Assembly: GCA_965218095.1 (NCBI GenBank)
Contig: OZ244587.1
Location: 3,712,001 to 3,776,000, forward strand
Source: Candidatus Poribacteria bacterium
GTDB lineage: Bacteria > Poribacteria > WGA-4E > PCPOR2b
Direction of reading: 5' to 3'
DNA length: 64,000 nucleotides
Shown here: in pieces, positions 58,801 through 64,000 of the stretch
Position numbering within the stretch: the stretch's first letter is position 1
Layout: the number at the start of each line of letters is the position of its first letter
The notes under the pieces: generated by a model
The model's input: the letters and a program-made list of their open reading frames with translations, nothing else
Databases searched by the model: none
Told to the model about the DNA's origin: nothing
Made by a program: the position numbers and the translations under genes

Positions 58801-59317
58801 AACAGCAGAAGGAAAAGAAGCTCTACAAACCTTTGAAAAACTGAGTCAGGAGGAGGTGCAAATCAAGATACTCAAGCGTTTTCTGGGCGCCAACCCCATA
58901 GACGCCGAGGCGTGGCATGAGTTGGGGCGCCTTCTGATGGGAAGGCAGGAATGGGCTGACGCCGCCGCTGCCTTTGAAGAGTACATTGCGCTCAAGCCTC
59001 ACGATAAACGTGGCTATGAGACACTTGGCTACCTTTACTTCCAACTAAAAAATCGCGAGAAAGCAGGGGAGATATACAGCGAGCTCGTTCAGCGTCATCC
59101 CGATGTTGCGACATATCGAAACAGTCTGGGGCTCGTCTATGCGATGATGGAAAAGTATCCCCAGGCGATTGAGGCGTTTCAAACAGCGATTCGACTAAAG
59201 CCTTCTGAGCCCAGCTTTCACCTGAATCTGGCGAAAGCCTACAAACTCGTTGGAAAGACCGCAAAGGCTGAAGCGGAATATCGTCTCTATCAGCGTCTCA
59301 AGTCTCACAACCACTGA
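55853..59317 (+). CDS. TPR-CRTAC1(FG-GAP/ASPIC)-TPR fusion protein
   Basis: N-terminal helical region with GETQNCC..H...SCILP, DxDNDG repeats, SNRSAIGAR...GLG..IFWP, then about ten TPRs. Confidence 0.88.
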   Translation: MYYMGRLTGPTRKMNFPGVLFLLGAVGFLGAFISITENASGAAESQVTVPLGMSSAHPEPAPRPVTPGHEKMVALLKGLADRAIEENSYIGNGTARRLRERLADLPANTPGPDRWRLHMQAGEAELSLGNEAEAIDHLTQARQLLNQSRYNIPSSVVNQTLFRLGVAHMRLGETQNCCLRHTPESCILPIQGSGIHNKQNGSKQAITYFTEVLQRSPKNSSEHLKAKWLLNIAYMTIGGYPDEVPQQYRIQAEVFESDEAIPRFVNLAPGLGLDTFDLAGGAIIDDFDNDGYLDIVVSSWDATEQMRFFRNNQDGTFSDRTEQTNLVGLLGGFNLVQADYDNDGDVDIFMLRGAWLLKNGSYPNSLLRNNGDGTFTEVTFEAGLGDVHYPTQTAGWADYDNDGNVDLYIGNEAINDFIAPCQLFHNNGDGSFTDVAMEAGVQNGGFTKAVIWGDYDGDRWPDLYVSNYAAKNRLYRNNGDGTFTDVAGHLHIDRPMRSFPAWFWDFDNDGMLDLYVASFVEDLAPVVASYLGMPTKVETASLYHANGSGGFVNVARQQNLTRFYPVMGSNFGDLDNDGFLDFYLGTGAPDYDTLMPNVMFRNQGGAGFSDVTYAGGFGHLQKGHAIVFADLDNDGDQDVFEQMGGFYPGDKFGNALFENPGFGNRWIAVKLIGVRSNRSAIGARIHVKVTENRDRRSIYKHVNSGGSFGANPLRQTIGLGKASKIEALEIFWPTTGITQTFHNVSVDQFIQIVEGAEQYTTLTLKKLELDAERLGSDLYVSVGGEDDEKRQARLFYDEGTQAILRRDYKDALAAFEHAVTLDPSLADAHYRLALLYGRQDHGKQYQWKQAVQALQSAISADPNHIDAYYQLGEIYLEAMARTAEAIPPLQKAIQMDPNYASARRLLGSAYLRQRHTDEAIHELQRAVALNPSDTKAHYTLGLAYFQGGEFEKASQRFKAVLEQDPLHAKAYFHLSNAYRRTGRTAEGKEALQTFEKLSQEEVQIKILKRFLGANPIDAEAWHELGRLLMGRQEWADAAAAFEEYIALKPHDKRGYETLGYLYFQLKNREKAGEIYSELVQRHPDVATYRNSLGLVYAMMEKYPQAIEAFQTAIRLKPSEPSFHLNLAKAYKLVGKTAKAEAEYRLYQRLKSHNH

Positions 59318-59720
59318 CGATAGATTGCCCTACCCGGATAGTTGTAGTAGCGCAATTACTTACATCCCGATCCATCGGAGTCATTGCGTGTTTCCCCGTG
59401 ACGTGTATAGTTACTTCACCACAAATACTATTCCTCTCTCACGATCACTTTTGAAATTCTTGTACAAAACTCTGAGTCCAAAAAGAAACCAATCTGTTCG
59501 TTGTACGCTATTCGTACCTAACGAGAAAGAAGGTGCGCTAGTCCAGTTAGCACGGTACAGCCCAGTTGACAAACTCAAAAATAGTTTATTCAGACCAAGT
59601 GCACCACCGTTCATGTGGTTTCTGTTAAAAGTTTCAACCGGCTTTTCGATACGCTTTGCTACTCAACCGACATTCGCTAACTGAAAAACTCGTGTGGTTC
59701 CACGTTTTGCACAATACACA

Positions 59721-61445
59721 ATGATTTCGATACGGTTTTGCCGACTCAATCGGAGCCGCATTACGCATCACGTATCATCTATCATGCTTTTGTCTCTTGC
59801 CGGACTTCTGTTTGTAACAATCAATGTGTCTGTAGGGGTGCCTCAAGTACAATTCATCGATGTTACAGCGGCGTCGGGGATTTGCTTCAGGCATGTGAAC
59901 GGGGCAAAGGGGGACTATCATTTACCAGAAATGTTTGGCGCCGGCGGGGCGTTCTTAGACTATGATAACGATGGAGATCTCGACCTTTTTCTGGTAAACG
60001 GCGGTGATTTAACCGGCGGTTCTTTGGAAGAACCATCAACGAGCGTCCTCTATCGCAACAACGGCGACAGGACGTTCACAGACATAACCTCCACAGCAGG
60101 GGTGAGCAACGCCGGAAATTACGGGCTGGGCGTCGCATGTGGTGACTACGACAATGATGGCACCCCGGATCTCTACATGACGAATTTTGGCGCAAATGTG
60201 CTCTACCGCAATAATGGAGATGGCAGCTTCACAGACGTCACCGAAGAAGCTGGCGTGGGGGATGCATTGTGGAGTAGCAGTGCAACCTTCTTTGATTACA
60301 ACCGCGACGGTCACCTTGATCTCTACGTTGTCAACTATGTGCTCTATCCCCTTGACATCACCTATCCTCCCTGCGATGGTGATGGTTTTCGCACCTACTG
60401 CCACCCACTATACTTTAAGGGTGCGCCTGACCGGCTCTATCGAAATAACGGGGACGGCAGCTTTGTGGACGCCACCAAAGCTGCGGGTATCACCGACATG
60501 GGCGGTCCCTTTCATGGAAAAGGATTGGGGGTCGTCGCGGCAGATTTTAACAATGACGGAAATCCAGACCTTTATGTCGCTAACGATGTCACACCCAACT
60601 ACCTCTTCAACAACCAGGGGGATGGTACATTCGTGGAGATAGGGGTTGCCGCGGGTTGTGCCTACAGTACCGACGGTGCGGCGCAAGCTGGCATGGGCGT
60701 TGACGCCGGAGACTACGACGGTGATGGGTTTCTTGACATCTTCGTCACCAATTTCTCCTATGAGACGAATGCCCTTTATCGGAATAATGGTGATGATACG
60801 TTCACCGATGTGAGTTACGAAACACATCTGGGGGATGAGAGTTACCTTCGCCTGGGATTTGGCGTGGGCTTTTTCGATTATAACAACGATGGCTATCCGG
60901 ATCTCTTTGTCGCAAACGGGCATATTTTCGAGCACATCAAGCGGACGACAGACGTTGTCACATATCCCCAGCAGAATCAACTGTTTCATAACAATGGGAA
61001 CGGCGGGTTTACCGAAGTATCTTTCAAGTCCGGCGGGTACTTCCAACGGAAAGGTGTCAGCCGTGGGGCAATCTTTGGCGATTATGATAACGATGGCGAC
61101 CTCGATATTGTGGTGACCCAATTGAACCAGTCGGCGGAGCTTTTGCGCAATGAAGGAGGCAATCGTCGAAACTGGGTGCGGATTAAGACGGTCGGTGTCC
61201 TCAGCAACCGGGATGGCATCGGCGCGCGGGTGACATTGACGGTGGGAGGCCACTCGCGGGTACAAGAGGTGCATGCCGGATCGAGTTATCAGTGCAGCAA
61301 TGACCCTCAAGTTTTTTTCGGTCTGGGTGACCATCGCACGATTGATCGTTTGGAAATTCGTTGGCCTAGTGGAGTTGTACAGGTTCTTGAGAACATCCCG
61401 GCAAATCAGGAAATTGTCGTGACCGAAGATAGTGATAAGAAATAA
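59721..61445 (+). CDS. CRTAC1-family protein (FG-GAP plus ASPIC/UnbV)
   Basis: DYDNDGDLDLF and LYRNNGDG repeats; SNRDGIGARV; IRWPSG. Confidence 0.9.
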   Translation: MISIRFCRLNRSRITHHVSSIMLLSLAGLLFVTINVSVGVPQVQFIDVTAASGICFRHVNGAKGDYHLPEMFGAGGAFLDYDNDGDLDLFLVNGGDLTGGSLEEPSTSVLYRNNGDRTFTDITSTAGVSNAGNYGLGVACGDYDNDGTPDLYMTNFGANVLYRNNGDGSFTDVTEEAGVGDALWSSSATFFDYNRDGHLDLYVVNYVLYPLDITYPPCDGDGFRTYCHPLYFKGAPDRLYRNNGDGSFVDATKAAGITDMGGPFHGKGLGVVAADFNNDGNPDLYVANDVTPNYLFNNQGDGTFVEIGVAAGCAYSTDGAAQAGMGVDAGDYDGDGFLDIFVTNFSYETNALYRNNGDDTFTDVSYETHLGDESYLRLGFGVGFFDYNNDGYPDLFVANGHIFEHIKRTTDVVTYPQQNQLFHNNGNGGFTEVSFKSGGYFQRKGVSRGAIFGDYDNDGDLDIVVTQLNQSAELLRNEGGNRRNWVRIKTVGVLSNRDGIGARVTLTVGGHSRVQEVHAGSSYQCSNDPQVFFGLGDHRTIDRLEIRWPSGVVQVLENIPANQEIVVTEDSDKK

Positions 61446-62385
61446 CCCAAGTTGCGACCTATTCATCGAATATGTGAGTGAACTGAATATGTGAGTGAAC
61501 TCAGAGCTGATTAATACTGCTAGCCAATACAAACAAGACCACTTTCAATTCAAATCCGTGTCGCGTTACTGCATGGATTGAACGTGGAAGCAGTTTGTTA
61601 ATCAAACTGCCAGCCGTCTCAACAGACTTACGATGGTAATTAGCCAAGTAGGTCTCCCATGGTGGATACAGCCGCTTGGAATTCTTCTTGCGTACTGGCT
61701 TTAATTCGACTCCGACTGATGTAACAATATCTTCTATCTCATAATTATTGTATGCTTTGTCACCATAGCCCGGTGGCAAGTCGAAGTCAAACCACTGTAA
61801 CCCTTCAACGTCCCCTGTACTGGCTGGGGTCACAAAAAATTCAACAGGGTGTCGACTCGCAGTCACTAGCAGATGAACTTTCAAGCCATAGAAATACCGA
61901 CGTTTGGACGCTTGATAGCCTCGATATGCCTTATCGGTATAGATTTTTGACCGACGAATGCGGAACAAACAGCAATTGGTATGGTATCCAGTGCATAGAT
62001 TTTCTGTTGATTAAGTTGCACATAGCTTCGTCCCAAGATTTTGAACAATGTGGTGAACATCGGTTTAATTCGATGAAGTCGTCGGTTGAATCGACTTTTT
62101 GAAAGCATCTTGGGTATATAGCCATGAGTCTTTAGAAAGTCACAAGTGGTTTGCAAGTTTGCCCCGAAGAACAACGCAGCGACGATGCCGGTGGTCATCA
62201 CTTCGGCATCAGACATCTGCGTTTGTGGGTGTGGTTTTGAGTTGAGTGTTTCTAAGAGCTTGTCACAGAGATAGAAAATGGTTACAATTTGGATGTCCAT
62301 GGGTTTCTCCTTTGAGGTATTATGGTTTGGATTACCTCTACTTTAACGGAAAACCCATGGATTTTCAATTACTAGCAACTTGGGT
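61445..62385 (-). mobile_element. IS982-family insertion sequence; transposase frameshifted
   Basis: TIRs ACCCAAGTTGC / GCAACTTGGGT with 9-bp duplication TAAGAAATA. Split ORFs 61881-62300 (MSDAEVMT, LSKSRFNRRL) and 61501-61968 (SKRRYFYGLKVHL, DKAY, RKSVET). Confidence 0.92.
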
Positions 62386-62780
62386 TAAGAAATAAGTGAC
62401 AAAACGTGGATTAGGGAGTTGGTTCCATAATCCTCAATCCCCTCTAACCCCCTGTCAAATTGCAATATTCATCATTGAAGCCGCCGAATCATCAAGTTTA
62501 ACGGAAAACAATCAGGTAATAAAGCCTTGCGAGGATTTCAAACCTGTGCAAAGTTGAATCCAACCACTACCTAAATAAAATCTTAATCTTCACTATTGGT
62601 GAGGAATCGTCGCTCGCTTTCATCTCGCAAAGGACACAGCGTAGAAAGAGGAGAGAGAATGGGCAAGTCGAACGCAGCGAAATCCCGTGTGCCAGGGGGA
62701 GTAAGGAAGAAAGTGAGCGTGCTGGCTTTTTGGATCGCTGACTTTCCAGCTTTCTGGTTTCAGGGCTTACGCAATATGCA

Positions 62781-64000
62781 ATGATTTCGATACAGCTTTG
62801 CCGACTCAGTCCAAGCCGCATTACGCATCACGTTTCACGTTTCACGCTTTTGCGTCTTGTAGGACTTCTGCTTGTAACAATCAGTGCGTACCCGGAAGTT
62901 CCTCAAGTACAATTGATTGATGTTACAGCGGCGTCGGGGATTCGCTTCAGGCATGTGAACGGGGCAAAGGGCGATTACCATTTACCAGAAACAGTTGGCG
63001 CCGGCGGGGCGTTCTTCGACTATGATAACGACGGAGATCTCGACCTTTTTCTTGTGAACAGCGGTGATTTAACCGGTGCCCCTTTGGAAGCACCATCTAC
63101 AAACATCCTCTATCGCAACAACGGCGATGGAACGTTCACGGACGTAACCTCCACAGCAGGGGTGAGCAACGCCGGAAATTACGGGCTGGGCGTCGCCTGC
63201 GGCGACTACGACAATGATGGTGCCCCGGACCTTTACGTGACGAACTTTGGCGCAAATGTGCTCTATCGCAATAATGGAGATGGCAGCTTTACAGACGTCA
63301 CCGAAGAAACTGGCGTGGGGGATGAGCTGTGGAGCAGCAGCGCGACTTTCTTTGATTATGACCGCGATGGTTACCTTGATCTCTACGTTGTAAATTATGT
63401 ACTCTATCCGCTGGATGTTCCCCATCCTCTCTGCGATGGTTATTGCCACCCGCTGTACTTTGAAGGGGCACCTGATCGCCTCTATCGAAATAATGGAGAC
63501 GGCACCTTCGTGGACGCCACCAAAATCGCAGGTATCAACGACATTGGCGGCTCCTTTCATGGGAAAGGCTTGGGCGTCGTCGCAGCAGATTTTAACAATG
63601 ACGGCAATCCAGACCTTTATGTCGCCAACGATGTCACACCCAACTACCTCTTCAACAACCAAGGGGATGGTACATTCGTGGAGATAGGGGTTGCCGCGGG
63701 TTGTGCCTACAGTGCCGACGGTGCAGCGCAGGCTGGCATGGGTGTTGACACCGGGGACTATAACGGTGATGGATTTCTTGACATCTTTGTCACCAATTTC
63801 TCCTATGAGACGAACGCCCTCTATCGGAATAACGGCGATGATACGTTTACCGATGTGAGTTACCAAGCGCATCTGGGAGATGAGAGTTACTTGCTTTTAG
63901 GATTTGGCACGGGCTTTTTCGATTATGACAACGATGGTCATCTGGATCTCTTCGTCGCGAATGGGCATATTTTCGATCGCGTCAAGCAGACGACAGACAT
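62781..64000 (+). CDS. CRTAC1-family protein, close paralog of 59721-61445 (runs off the window)
   Basis: Frame from ATG 62781, MISIQLCRLSPSRITHHVSRF...GAGGAFFDYDNDGDLDLF, is still in register at the window end. Confidence 0.88.
   Translation, partial: MISIQLCRLSPSRITHHVSRFTLLRLVGLLLVTISAYPEVPQVQLIDVTAASGIRFRHVNGAKGDYHLPETVGAGGAFFDYDNDGDLDLFLVNSGDLTGAPLEAPSTNILYRNNGDGTFTDVTSTAGVSNAGNYGLGVACGDYDNDGAPDLYVTNFGANVLYRNNGDGSFTDVTEETGVGDELWSSSATFFDYDRDGYLDLYVVNYVLYPLDVPHPLCDGYCHPLYFEGAPDRLYRNNGDGTFVDATKIAGINDIGGSFHGKGLGVVAADFNNDGNPDLYVANDVTPNYLFNNQGDGTFVEIGVAAGCAYSADGAAQAGMGVDTGDYNGDGFLDIFVTNFSYETNALYRNNGDDTFTDVSYQAHLGDESYLLLGFGTGFFDYDNDGHLDLFVANGHIFDRVKQTTD

Overview
This is a 64-kb bacterial chromosomal segment with no rRNA, tRNA or CRISPR array that I could find. 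The gene content points, by inference, to Candidatus Poribacteria or a close relative. It has six LamG-like proteins ending in V[DSE]PxxKLAT[TSK]W[GA]x[IL]K, proteins ending in the LLxN[FY]PNPFNPETW FlgD/T9SS-like domain, and several CRTAC1/FG-GAP-ASPIC, TPR, YWTD, PhyH and TIM-barrel isomerase paralogs. Metabolic genes are rpiA, an Fe-ADH, ggt, a LOG-like protein, a potA-like ATPase, a DAO-family oxidase, a ThDP enzyme, an enolase-superfamily dehydratase, a Tat-exported PaoABC-like molybdoenzyme, a creatininase, an HDAC-family deacetylase and a copper amine oxidase. The main non-obvious signals are: (1) a modular family of short palindromic repeats found between genes and also inserted in frame inside at least three genes, three times in one of them; (2) a full-length ORF-less group II intron (4068-4848) plus a domain-I remnant of a related intron (27869-28165); (3) a perfect-consensus sigma70 promoter with an A12 tract in its spacer upstream of a LamG gene, a candidate phase-variation switch; (4) a conserved ~120-nt structured element after each LamG gene of one cluster; (5) an IS982 element with cognate MITEs, one only 51 bp with a perfect 9-bp target duplication; (6) an orphan ParA plus unknown-partner module split by an IS; and (7) a di-heme cytochrome module inserted into a PQQ-type dehydrogenase. 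All calls come from reading the sequence and recognising motifs; no searches were run.
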